A stretch of DNA of 64,000 nt from Thermoplasmata archaeon (GTDB lineage Archaea > Thermoplasmatota > Thermoplasmata > Lutacidiplasmatales > UBA184), in NCBI GenBank assembly GCA_021828195.1, contig JAKASQ010000001.1, positions 169,202 to 233,201 of the forward strand, read 5' to 3'. A program made the position numbers and the translations under genes. The notes beneath the pieces are model-generated. The model saw only the letters and a list, made by a program, of their open reading frames with translations. It did not search any database and was not told where the DNA came from. Of the stretch, positions 37,717 to 47,128 are shown piece after piece; within the stretch, counting starts at the first letter, position 1, and every line of letters begins with the position of its first letter.

Positions 37717-38577
37717 GTGCGACGCATGACCGACTGGGAGCGCGTCGAACAGCTTCGCGCCGACGGGGTCAGTTGGGACAAGGTAGCCAGTGATCGGAAG
37801 GCCGGTTTCCACCCCCCTCCGGGCGCCGACGCCGGCCGCGCCCTGCGGACTCTCTATTTCCAGCGTCGCTCCCGGAGCAGCCGTTCGGGGCCCCAAACTC
37901 CAGGAGGTTCCGAGCGCCGGGGAGACCGGGCCGGCAGAGGCGGACCGAAGCGATTGCGCTCGATCATAATCGGCGGTTCCGCCGTCACCGTGCTGATACT
38001 GGTGATCTACCTCATCCTCACGTCGGGTGTTCTCTTCGGGGGTCCGCCGAAGCCAGGAACCAACCCGGGTCCGGGGGCAGCTGGGACTCTTGCGGAGTTC
38101 AACTACCTCAGCCAACAATCCACCGACGCGTGTGTGTGGACGGGAGTCAACCTCGGCGATGAAACGTCGTACGTCAACTGGATCAACGGATTGGCGGATA
38201 ACACCTACATCCAAGGCTCGTGTTGTAGCCCGATGGATTTCACCCCCGACTATTCGTCCCAGATTCCCGGCCTCACGAGTTACGCCTCGATCTCCCTCAT
38301 CCCACCGGATCCCTACAATGTGGTCGCGCACACGGCGAAAGCCGATGTCGCCCATGCCGGTGACGCGCTCACCTCGAGCCAGCAATCCGTCTTCAACACG
38401 GCGGCGAGCAACACGAACGACAACGGCTGGTGCTGCTGCCAGTGCTGGGCCTACTACGCTCATGAGGGCCTGGCGAAGGCCCTGATCGTGCAGTACGGCT
38501 ACACTGCCCAGCAGGTGGACACGGTCATCAACCTCGAAGACTGCTGCGGCGGGCCCGGCCCGATGAACATGCCGTAA
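37717..38577 (+). CDS. TM-anchored Cys-rich protein of unknown function (CC, CCCxC, CC motifs)
   Basis: Basic cytoplasmic N-term, one TM helix (IIIGGSAVTVLILVIYLILTSGVLF), then extracytoplasmic Pro/Gly/Asn-rich domain containing GSCCSPMDF, NGWCCCQCWAYYAHEG, LEDCCGGPGPMNMP. Confidence 0.5.
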   Translation: MRRMTDWERVEQLRADGVSWDKVASDRKAGFHPPPGADAGRALRTLYFQRRSRSSRSGPQTPGGSERRGDRAGRGGPKRLRSIIIGGSAVTVLILVIYLILTSGVLFGGPPKPGTNPGPGAAGTLAEFNYLSQQSTDACVWTGVNLGDETSYVNWINGLADNTYIQGSCCSPMDFTPDYSSQIPGLTSYASISLIPPDPYNVVAHTAKADVAHAGDALTSSQQSVFNTAASNTNDNGWCCCQCWAYYAHEGLAKALIVQYGYTAQQVDTVINLEDCCGGPGPMNMP

Positions 38578-38622
38578 CCTCCCGGGGTCGCCCTGCCCCT
38601 CCTCGGAAGGTCGCAAGGAACC

Positions 38623-39213
38623 GTGTCGACCGCGGGTGTTCGGGACCGAACCCTGCCGACGTGGTTCTTCCACAATCCGCTTCGACGGTGGTTCAAGAAG
38701 CCGGGCCGCCTGATTGACTTCTGCCCGCCAAGGTCGGGGGACGTGGTCGCGGATCTTGGTGCCGGAGGCGGGTTTTTCCTGGCAGAGCTAAGTCGAAGAG
38801 TCGGGTCAGCGGGACGGATCTACGCCGTCGATATCGACGACGGCGCCCTGTCGTTGGCGCAGCGGGTCGCCACCACCTTGGAGGTGACGGACCGGGTGGA
38901 GTTCATCCATTCCTCCGCAGCTTCGGTGCCATCCATCCCTTCCGGCGGTGTGGATTACATCCTTTCGAACGGGCTCCTTTGTTGCCTGATCGACAAGGAG
39001 CGAGCGATGGAGGAGATGTGGCGAATCCTCAAGCCGGGTGGCCGTGCCTTGGTGACCTTCGTAACGATTGGTCCGCGCTTTACCGCCCGCGGTAGGGCCC
39101 TGCGGACATCGGAGCGGAGATTCCGCGAGTTGCTTTCGAGACGTTCGTGGGAGGTAATCCCAGGCAAAGCCAAGCCGTTCTCGCGGCGGTTCATCTTGAG
39201 GAAGTTCGGTTGA
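38623..39213 (+). CDS. Class I SAM-dependent methyltransferase
   Basis: VVADLGAGGGFF motif I, IYAVDIDD post-I, DYILSNGLLCCL motif II, LKPGGRALV motif III. Confidence 0.65.
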   Translation: MSTAGVRDRTLPTWFFHNPLRRWFKKPGRLIDFCPPRSGDVVADLGAGGGFFLAELSRRVGSAGRIYAVDIDDGALSLAQRVATTLEVTDRVEFIHSSAASVPSIPSGGVDYILSNGLLCCLIDKERAMEEMWRILKPGGRALVTFVTIGPRFTARGRALRTSERRFRELLSRRSWEVIPGKAKPFSRRFILRKFG

Positions 39214-39626
39214 CCCCCGTTGATAAGAAACCGGATGGACAAGGTCCGGCGCCGTCGCCATCGAACTCGGTCTCGGACCGCGGCTGCGTCAATCGGCAGT
39301 TCATCCGCAGTCGACTACTCTACAGGGAGGGCCGCCGACACTCCGGAGCGTACCGCTCAGCATCCGCAGGATCTCGAAGTAGGGGAGCGATGTGAGCGGT
39401 TCGCGCCGACCACGAGGGCCTCAACTCTGGGCTGACGGACCCGGTGAGGGCGTGCGCGATCCGCTGCACTCTTTCCCGGCGCCAATCTCCTGAGCGCCGT
39501 CGACCTGCGTGCCGTTCCGACGTGGTCAGCGAATGGGTTCGAGGCGGCCGCGGATTCCCGCCTCCAGAGTCGATTCTCGTGGACCGCGACGTCGAAGGAT
39601 GCGAACGCGACTGGAGGTCGGACCCT

Positions 39627-40217
39627 TCATTGCCGAGGCGCCGCCAGCCAGCGCGACAACCTTGAGAATCTCGCGCGTCCGGTCGCCCAGATCCAGTGGT
39701 CGACGGCCACGTACTTCCCAGCTCCTCCGGTGAAGAGAATCAGATAGATCAACAGGTAGAGCGGATGCGGTCCCACGTCGGTACCACCGGGAATCTGAAA
39801 CGTGCTCAGGAATTGGGTCGCGAGGAAGATGACAGAGGCTAGCCCGCCCACAATGCACGCCAAACGGGTGGTGACCCCGAGAACAAAGGCGATGGCGAGG
39901 TAGGCCGTGAGGAGGGCGGTCATCCATGCAAACGCGGTCGCATGGGCCGCAACAAAATTCGCGACACTGGGGCCTCCAAGACTCGTAGGTGCAAAGGAGA
40001 GCACAGTCTCCCGGAATGTGGGGAAGAACTGATTGGCCGGATCCACGATGAAGATCATGTTCAGGACCCAGACGAGGCCTACCCCCACGCGAAGAAGGTC
40101 GATGGACATCCCCTTTGGGTCGGATTGCCACAAGTCACGCAGGTGTCCGTACCAGGTCCGCCCGGACGGCCCGACGGAAGGGGATTCGGACTTGTTCTCG
40201 TCCCGACGGTTCACCAT
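39627..40217 (-). CDS. Divergent paralog of the FGGPY membrane family, copy 4
   Basis: TFQIPGGTDVGPHPLYLLIYLILF corresponds to FGGPY..TDxGxGxLYAxxFL block; downstream of second cupredoxin-like gene on same strand. Confidence 0.45.
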   Translation of the reverse strand: MVNRRDENKSESPSVGPSGRTWYGHLRDLWQSDPKGMSIDLLRVGVGLVWVLNMIFIVDPANQFFPTFRETVLSFAPTSLGGPSVANFVAAHATAFAWMTALLTAYLAIAFVLGVTTRLACIVGGLASVIFLATQFLSTFQIPGGTDVGPHPLYLLIYLILFTGGAGKYVAVDHWIWATGRARFSRLSRWLAAPRQ

Positions 40218-40360
40218 TCCACCGCTGGACGACTTGACAAGCGAAAACCCCTTGGGTCGACGTCCGACCAGCGTAGCGCTCTCTGTTCAACTACCGGTGA
40301 GTGAGGGCCGGGTGCTCGCGACCGAGTCTCGGCGCACCTTCGTGTCGCTTCGGTACAAAG

Positions 40361-40930
40361 CTACGAGACGGTCATCGTGCCGCTCATGTACCCGGGAGTG
40401 CTCATTGGTCCCCCCGTGAATCCCCCCGGGCCGGTTCCGCATGGCGACATGCAGAACCACGAGAACGTCCCGGCGTTGGTGACGTCGACTGTGAACGACA
40501 CGACGCTCTGCCCCGGACTCAGAACGTTCAAGCCGAACGCTGGAATCGAGAACGTGTGCGCGACATTGGAGATCGGGACCGTGCTGTACGGCGTGCCGTT
40601 GATCGTCTCCACTCCGTTAACGGTCCCCTTTACGGCACACGGGCACCCCGTCCACTCCGCGACGGCGTCGTGATCGGTGATCGTAAAGGCGACCTTTCCC
40701 TGGGGGACGTCAAAGCTCGTGGGGGAATACTGGGGCCAGCCGGTCGTGGTGTTGAACGAGACCGTGAGGTTGACGTACGACGTCTGACCCGAGGTCGACG
40801 TGGTCGTCGCCGGACCTGCGGCACTGGGAAACGTCACCAGCAAGACACCCGCCGAAACCACGACGGCAATTGCCAACACGCCTGCGACGGCGTTGAAGTA
40901 ATCCTGATCCTTCATCGTTCTTCCCTCCAC
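40361..40930 (-). CDS. Secreted/anchored cupredoxin-like protein with atypical Cys motif
   Basis: Signal/TM anchor, Thr/Ser-rich linker (GPATTTSTSGQTS), beta-rich domain with AHTFSIPAFG and FSWFCMSPCGTGPGGFTGGPMSTPGYMSGTM (C-x3-C-G as in CuA, but no His-x2-Met directly after). Confidence 0.45.
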   Translation of the reverse strand: MEGRTMKDQDYFNAVAGVLAIAVVVSAGVLLVTFPSAAGPATTTSTSGQTSYVNLTVSFNTTTGWPQYSPTSFDVPQGKVAFTITDHDAVAEWTGCPCAVKGTVNGVETINGTPYSTVPISNVAHTFSIPAFGLNVLSPGQSVVSFTVDVTNAGTFSWFCMSPCGTGPGGFTGGPMSTPGYMSGTMTVS

Positions 40931-41487
40931 TTACCGGATTCCCTGAGGCGGTCCTTCGCGGAACAAGAGCGACTGTACGGGCACGTATTCTATGCCCGCG
41001 TACGGGGATAACCTCTCCCACTCGCATTCTCGGGGTTGAGAACGATGGGTCCCGAACCGGTCGACGGGACGGACCAGGACCGGTTGACCGCCATCCCCCG
41101 GGAAGGGGTCAAACCGCTGGCGAAGATGGTCCGGGTGACGTCCCTCCATTCCAGGCCCTGTGTCTCGACCTTCACCGGGCTCCCTCGTTCGGCAGTTCCC
41201 GCCGGCAAAGGCGCCCTCCATCGCAGTCGAGAGCTCGAATGTCTCCGGGACCACTAAAGGCGGGTGAGCGACCTGGGCACTCCGGGTTGGCTCCCAACCC
41301 AGGACTTTCGACGCACGTCCACGGTTCACTCTCTGACGAGAAACGGACCCGGAGGTCGCGCCGTAAGTGCTGGTCTCGTTCCCATAGCGTCAGTCTCTGT
41401 GAGCGGATCGTTGTTGAAGAGGCGCCCCGTTGGTCAGGGGGGCCCGGGGACGGGTGGTGGGGACGCCCGTTCGGAGTAGCCCGCAAG

Positions 41488-42384
41488 TCAGTGCGGCTGA
41501 CCTCCGCAAGTGCAATCGGGAGCTTCCACCTGGATCGTCACATGTCGTATCCGAAAACGCTGGCGGACGATGTCCTGGGCGACGTGAGTCACGTGATCGT
41601 CTTTGGGTTCCGCCTCGAGCACTAGGTGGACGCTCATCGCCTCCGAGCCGGAAGTGAGCGTCCAGACGTGGAGGTCGTGGACCGCCCGCACGCCCGGGAG
41701 GTCGCTCAACGAGTTTTCGACCTCTGCCGGGTTGATGTGCGTCGGCGTCCCCTCGAGCAAGATAGTGAGCGTGTCCCGGGAAAGCCGGAAGGCGAAGACC
41801 CCAATCAGCGCCGCGACGAAGAGGGTCGCCACAGGGTCCGCAATCTCAATCCCTCCAAATAGGATCAGGGCCCCGGCGACCACTGCGCTGAGTGAACCGA
41901 GCACGTCAGAGAGGATGTGCAGGTACGCCGCGCGAATGTTGATGTTCAATCGGCCTCGGACGCGGAGGACGCGGGCGATGGCGAGATTGGCGACCAGGGA
42001 GAGCGCGCCCACGACCAGCACGACCGGACCATGAACGGGCGCGGGTGTTCGGAAGCGCAGGTATCCCTCGACGACGAAGAGGGCGGCCAAACCCCAGAGG
42101 ATGAGGGCATTCGCAAACGCGGCGACTACCTCGCCCCGGCCGTGGCCGAACGAGTGGGCCGAGTCGGCCGGTCGGCTCGCCCAAGTGACAGCAAGGAGCG
42201 CGAGCCCTAGGGCGGCCAGGTCGGTGAGGTAGTGACCGGCATCCGCCAATAGGACGAGGGAGTTGGCCGCGAACCCACCGATGAGCTCTATCACCATGAT
42301 TACCGACCCGGCGGCGACTACCCAGAGGAGTTGCCGCCGATTTTCCCGGGCGAAGGCGCGAAGGTGCTCGGATTCGTTGCCCAT
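41488..42384 (-). CDS. Cation diffusion facilitator (CDF) family metal efflux transporter
   Basis: LLADAGHYLTDL, HSFGHGR, HILSDVLGS motifs; C-terminal cytoplasmic domain ending in CTCGGQPH; start at MGNESEHLR. Confidence 0.85.
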   Translation of the reverse strand: MGNESEHLRAFARENRRQLLWVVAAGSVIMVIELIGGFAANSLVLLADAGHYLTDLAALGLALLAVTWASRPADSAHSFGHGRGEVVAAFANALILWGLAALFVVEGYLRFRTPAPVHGPVVLVVGALSLVANLAIARVLRVRGRLNINIRAAYLHILSDVLGSLSAVVAGALILFGGIEIADPVATLFVAALIGVFAFRLSRDTLTILLEGTPTHINPAEVENSLSDLPGVRAVHDLHVWTLTSGSEAMSVHLVLEAEPKDDHVTHVAQDIVRQRFRIRHVTIQVEAPDCTCGGQPH

Positions 42385-42720
42385 GGAATGCTGGTCGCTC
42401 CCAGTGCCGCCGAACCGCTTTAACCGAGACGGTCCGGGAGAGATCCCCTCCTCCGTGTTCAGCTTCGACCGCGATCTCTCGGTGTCATTCCTAGGCTTCC
42501 TCTCCCCCCAAGCCCACCGTTGATTCTCGGGGCCGGTCCCACGAGGGATGGGGTACAGGTCTACAGGGGTCCGCGCCGGCCCCCCAGTCAAGAGCATTGG
42601 TGAGGCCGGGGGATGGCCTCGTGCCGTCGGCACGGGAGGCGCCCGAGGAGGGGCCGTCGGAGTCCATGCGCGACTCTCTTCAGCCTCGTGGCCCTCTCCC
42701 AAGGCGGGGTTAACCGAGGG

Positions 42721-43437
42721 ATGACAGTTCTCTTCCTGCCGGCCGAGGTCCTGGCAGTTTTTGTTGCAATCTCAGCCGCTGGACTCGGCGTACTCCTCAC
42801 TGCCCCCGAGACCTTCCGCCTCCGCTCTCCGGGAGGTCGAGTTGCCTTGCTTCGAGTGCTCGTCGGCGCCCTTTGGGCCACCGATGCCACGCTCAAGTTC
42901 CTACCGAGAGCCCCTCCCGTACTCGCATATTGGCTTGTGGTCGGCGCGGGCCAGGATCAACCGGGGCTCTCTTGGTGGTTTTCATACTGGGCTGGCGCAG
43001 TTGGTGCGAATCCTGCCCTCTGGTGGTACGGCACCGGTGCGCTCGAGGCGCTCTTGGCGACTGCCCTGCTGCTCGGATTCGCCCGCCGCCTTGCATATGT
43101 TGCCGGATTCCTTCTCAGCCTCTCCCTATGGGCAATCCCAGAGGGATTTGGCGGCCCCTACCTTTCGAGCACGACCGATGTCGGCGCGGGCCTGCTTTAC
43201 GCGCTTCTGTTCTTGATGCTCCTTCAGATGGATTCCGTCTCGGGTCCGGCACGGTACGCGGTCGACGCAGCCTTGGGGCGCCGCTGGCCCAGTTGGCGCT
43301 TCATCGGAGGCGGTTCCTCCCGTGTCGTTTCGGCCCACGGCAGCGAAAGCCGCGAGCAGGCGTCCCCTCCGCTCGTGGCGGATCCGATCATCGAGGGTCG
43401 CCGGGGAGAGGTTCCCAGAGCGGGTGCAGACCGATGA
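42721..43437 (+). CDS. Paralogous membrane protein, copy 5
   Basis: LWAIPEGFGGPYLSSTTDVGAGLLYALLFLMLLQMDS; most similar to copy 1 (same block order and near-identical C-terminal motif). Confidence 0.6.
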   Translation: MTVLFLPAEVLAVFVAISAAGLGVLLTAPETFRLRSPGGRVALLRVLVGALWATDATLKFLPRAPPVLAYWLVVGAGQDQPGLSWWFSYWAGAVGANPALWWYGTGALEALLATALLLGFARRLAYVAGFLLSLSLWAIPEGFGGPYLSSTTDVGAGLLYALLFLMLLQMDSVSGPARYAVDAALGRRWPSWRFIGGGSSRVVSAHGSESREQASPPLVADPIIEGRRGEVPRAGADR

Positions 43438-43551
43438 CCCATACTCCTCGCCCTTCGGCGATCCACGTAGCCGGCCTCCCAGCTCCCGGCCCGCCCGTGC
43501 CGCTGGGGACCTCTTCGCGCCGCCGGCAAGCCAGGTTCGGGTGACAAGAAC

Positions 43552-44232
43552 ATGGGCGTAGTCGTTCTTGCGTTCGATGTTTTCCTCCTCCTGACGATGG
43601 GCACGATAGTGTCGATAGCCCTGGTGGCGGGCTTCGAGAAGGAACTGAAGACTATCTTCTCCCCGTCGGGCCGGACGGGCTTCCTACGGATTCTCTTCGG
43701 TGGGGTCTGGCTGGTTGACGGCCTGCTCAGGTTCCAAGCGGGAGCGTCCCCGCAGCTCTCCTATTGGATGGTCGTCATGGCCGGCCAGGGACAGCCCGCA
43801 TGGCTCTCGGGGTGGTATGCCTACTGGACAGGCTTCATTGGCGGCGCCCCGACATTCTGGTGGTACGGGGTCGGCTCCATCGAACTCGTGATCGCGGTCT
43901 GTCTTATCGCGGGATTCCTCCGCAAGCCGGTGTATCTCGTCGGCCTGTGTCTCAGCCTCTTCCTCTGGACGGTGCCCGAAGGTTTTGGTGGACCCTACGC
44001 TCCCGGGAGCACCGACATGGGGGCTGGAATCCTGTACGCCGTCGTGTTTCTCGCCTTGCTGCATCTCGACTCGGTTTCGAGTCCCCCCCGGTTCGCTCTC
44101 GACACGGTGATCGCGCGGCGGTGGCCGACGCGGAGACGGCACGTCCCGGCCGAAGTCTCGATTTCGGCGGTCGTCGCACAGGAGGATTCCGTACTCGCCG
44201 TCGGCTCGTCGGAAACCGGTACGTACCGGTGA
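43552..44232 (+). CDS. Paralogous membrane protein, copy 6
   Basis: LWTVPEGFGGPYAPGSTDMGAGILYAVVFLALLHLDS; most similar to copy 2. Confidence 0.6.
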   Translation: MGVVVLAFDVFLLLTMGTIVSIALVAGFEKELKTIFSPSGRTGFLRILFGGVWLVDGLLRFQAGASPQLSYWMVVMAGQGQPAWLSGWYAYWTGFIGGAPTFWWYGVGSIELVIAVCLIAGFLRKPVYLVGLCLSLFLWTVPEGFGGPYAPGSTDMGAGILYAVVFLALLHLDSVSSPPRFALDTVIARRWPTRRRHVPAEVSISAVVAQEDSVLAVGSSETGTYR

Positions 44233-44331
44233 GCCCTCCGGGCGGAGCATCCAAACCCGCCTAGGGACCCCTTGCTACCTCTGACCGCGGGTAGCCCTGG
44301 CTCAGCCACGGTTCCAGCCGGTCCCATCCCC

Positions 44332-44850
44332 TCAGCCGCCTCCCATATCCCCGTCCGCAGTCGAGCGGCGTTGCGGAACTACTTCGGCCCACCGGTCCCA
44401 GCCGGGTATCCTCCGCTCGATCCGGGCATCCAGAGTTCCCCGGCTCGAATCGTGGCTGACCTCCAGGGCCAGGAGGAGTAGGAACGCGAGGGCGTAGACG
44501 AGCCCGGTTCCGATATCGAAGCTACCGGGGACGTACGGACCGCCAAACCCCTCCGGCACGGCCCAGATGAGGAGACTGAGGGCGATGCCGCCGATGTAGG
44601 CGAGCTTCCTCAGGAACCCGGTGAACAGCGCGAACGCCAAGGCGAACTCGAGGCCGGTGACGAGGGAGACATCGAGTGCCGCGCTCGCGCTCGTCTGGTG
44701 GACCCAGAAGGCGAACCAGCTACCGAGCTAGGCCGGCTGGCCGATGCTCGCTGCCAGGACCCTCTCGGAGAACCAGAAGGGGGTCTGGGGCAGGAACTTG
44801 AGCGCCGCATCGAGCCCCCAAACGAGTCCGAAGAGTTTCCGGAGGGAGGA
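44332..44850 (-). pseudogene. Paralogous membrane protein, copy 7, disrupted by in-frame TAG (minus-strand codon at 44728-44730) and lacking a start
   Basis: By-eye translation KLFGLVWGLDAALKFLPQTPFWFSERVLAASIGQPA*LGSWFAFWV...WAVPEGFGGPYVPGSFDIGTGLVYALAFLLLL; stop replaces the conserved Trp (SIGQPSWLSGWY in copy 3). Confidence 0.55.
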
Positions 44851-45387
44851 TCGTATTTGGCCAAGGTTCCGTTCGGCCCATTCATCCTCGGATACCAAGG
44901 GACCGCTCCGACCGCGGAGACGGGGCGGGCCGCTTATACGAGCGATGTCCGAATCGGATCGCGACAGCGGTGCTTTACTGTTGACCGCCGAGAGATCGGC
45001 CGCCTTCAGGCCGTGGTGACGTGGGTCGGAGCGACCGGAGTATCAACACGACGAGAAAGGCGATGAGAAGCCCGCCGATTGCCACACCAATGAGCATGTA
45101 CACCCACATGAGGGCCGACATGGCGGGACCGGTCATGCCGAAACCCATGGCCCCACCCGCGAGGACATGTCGCACATCGCGAGCGAGATGGCCGTGGCAA
45201 TAGAAGCCTCTTGCGGAACTCACGACCAAGCTTGAGACCGGGGCCGGCCCGCGGGACTCGGGAACACGGCGATTGCCCATGGCGGAATGCAGGGCGCGCT
45301 CTTCCTTGCCTAGACTATCTCCAACCCGGGACTTGGCGAACCAGAGTGGCCTCTGCCAGCCAGCGACCCGAACACGGGGATCGAGTT

Positions 45388-45465
45388 ACATGCTCATCGC
45401 GCCGGGTCCACCGCAGCAGTCTTCAAGGACCAAGACCGCAGCCACCTGCTGGGAATCATACCCCT
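45388..45465 (-). repeat. Inverted ~78-bp copy of the 3' end of the Cys-rich gene (38521-38600), encoding ...KGYDSQQVAAVLVLEDCCGGPGAMSM* with no upstream gene body
   Basis: Direct by-eye comparison: GTTAC.CATG.TCATCG.GCCGGG.CC.CCGCAGCAGTCTTC.AGG...GACCG...CCACCTGCTGGG shared. Upstream in-frame TGA ~40 codons before stop. Confidence 0.5.
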
Positions 45466-45786
45466 TTCCGGTTCCGACCCTTGCCGGTTCGGGTAACGGA
45501 GCCTCCCTTCAGGAAGTACCAATACGAACCGCGAGTTCTTAGCGGGGGTCCCCGGTCGGTCGCCGAACGGAAATGGGGGTGAGCCGGGAAGTCCTCTTAC
45601 AATGTCCCATCCCCCGCGATTCTTGCCGTCAGGTCCCCCGGCTTCTTCGAGGTAGGGCATGAACGATCTGCTGCCCGCCCTGACCTGGCTTCACGTCTTC
45701 TCCGTGATTCCCAACGATGGCAGAGCGGGGTTTGAGAACGAGGCGTAGCTCACGACTCGTGTGATCCCGGTCTCGGATCAAACGGC

Positions 45787-46140
45787 TCAGCTGACGACTC
45801 GGATTCCTTCGCGGATGGTTTGAATGAGCTTTTCCTGCTCGGCCTTGGGCGTGTTCTCTAGAGCCTCAAGCATGTCCTCGAGAATCAGCCCGGTCGCCTT
45901 CTCGAGCGCCCCCCGAACGGCCATCAACTGGAGAAGGACGTCGGCGTACGGCTGATTCTCATCCAGCATACGAATCACGGCATCGAGATGTCCACTCGCG
46001 CGAGACATCCTACCCCGCACAGCACCTTGCAAGTGATGCTCCATACGGCCATCCCCATGCCGGGAGGGGGATTTACCCTTTTTTCCTGTCGCCCTCCTGC
46101 GCAGAAGAAGGTCAAGTTCGTTCCCTTGTCCTTCCGTCAA
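45787..46140 (-). CDS. CsoR/RcnR (DUF156)-family regulator-like protein lacking the canonical Cys/His metal ligands
   Basis: HLQGAVRGRMSRASGHLDAVIRMLDEN.PYADVLLQLMAVRGALEKATGLILEDML resembles CsoR helical core, but Ala replaces the conserved Cys (YCID position) and no HxxxC/H at C-terminus; real start may be M33 (46044). Confidence 0.45.
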   Translation of the reverse strand: MTEGQGNELDLLLRRRATGKKGKSPSRHGDGRMEHHLQGAVRGRMSRASGHLDAVIRMLDENQPYADVLLQLMAVRGALEKATGLILEDMLEALENTPKAEQEKLIQTIREGIRVVS

Positions 46141-46220
46141 TGCCTCGGCCGCATCCTGGCCCTCGGCACGATGGGTTTCCTCGGAAGTAGTTTATAGTTC
46201 ATTCGAATCCCCTGGGGGGG

Positions 46221-47117
46221 ATGGTTGCCGTGGCGGCAGTGGGAGGCCGCGGATCCCAGTCACAGCCGGAGCCGCGTTCCAGGACTCCCACGTTAGGGAC
46301 CACTGGAGCGCTCTCGGCAGAAACTCTTGAGATCAACCGGGCCGCGATCGAGCTCGAGTGTACCCGTCTCTCGTACTCGTACCCGGCGATCAAGGGCTCA
46401 CCCGCGAAACCTGTCTTCCACGGCATCGACATCAAAGTGTGCAAGAATGAACTCGTGGCCATCGTCGGGCCCACGGGCGCAGGGAAGTCCACGATCCTCC
46501 GTTGCCTCGGGGGATTCGTTCACCCGAACGAGGGGCACGTCTACCTGCACGGACAAGAAGTCCTCCGCCCTTCGTCGAAGATCGTCCTCATCCACCAGTC
46601 AATCGCCACGTTCCCGTGGATGACGGCCTTGGACAATGTGAAGCTCGCTCTGACCTGCAAGAAGGTGGATGAGAAAGAAGCGGAACGAACGGCGGCCGCG
46701 ATGCTCGACCTCGTCGGACTAGGCGCCAACAAGTCGAGTTACCCGAAGGAACTAAGCGGCGGGATGCGGCAGAAGGTGGCGGTCGCGAGAGCGCTCGCCG
46801 CGTCCCCATCGATCCTGTTGATGGACGAGCCGTTCGTCCATCTGGACGAGATCGCGGCGGAGGAGCTGCGTCGGGAGATTCACTCCCTGGTCTTCAACCC
46901 CGAAAGCACGCTGGATGCGGTCGTTCTCGTCTCCCACAACCTGACCGAGGTGGTCGAGCTCGCGGACCGCGTCTACGTGATGAATGGTTCGCCCGCAACC
47001 GTGATCGACGAGTTCGGCATCGACCTCCCGCGTCCGCGAGCCTTGCGGGACTCCTCCTTCCTTCTCAGCGTTGACCACCTGATGGGCGACCTGAACACCC
47101 CGAAAACGAAACCGTAG
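46221..47117 (+). CDS. ABC transporter ATP-binding protein (NitT/TauT-like importer family)
   Basis: GPTGAGKSTIL Walker A, LSGGMRQKVAVARAL signature, LLMDEPF Walker B, H-loop VSHN. Confidence 0.85.
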   Translation: MVAVAAVGGRGSQSQPEPRSRTPTLGTTGALSAETLEINRAAIELECTRLSYSYPAIKGSPAKPVFHGIDIKVCKNELVAIVGPTGAGKSTILRCLGGFVHPNEGHVYLHGQEVLRPSSKIVLIHQSIATFPWMTALDNVKLALTCKKVDEKEAERTAAAMLDLVGLGANKSSYPKELSGGMRQKVAVARALAASPSILLMDEPFVHLDEIAAEELRREIHSLVFNPESTLDAVVLVSHNLTEVVELADRVYVMNGSPATVIDEFGIDLPRPRALRDSSFLLSVDHLMGDLNTPKTKP

Positions 47118-47128
47118 GGACCACCGCC

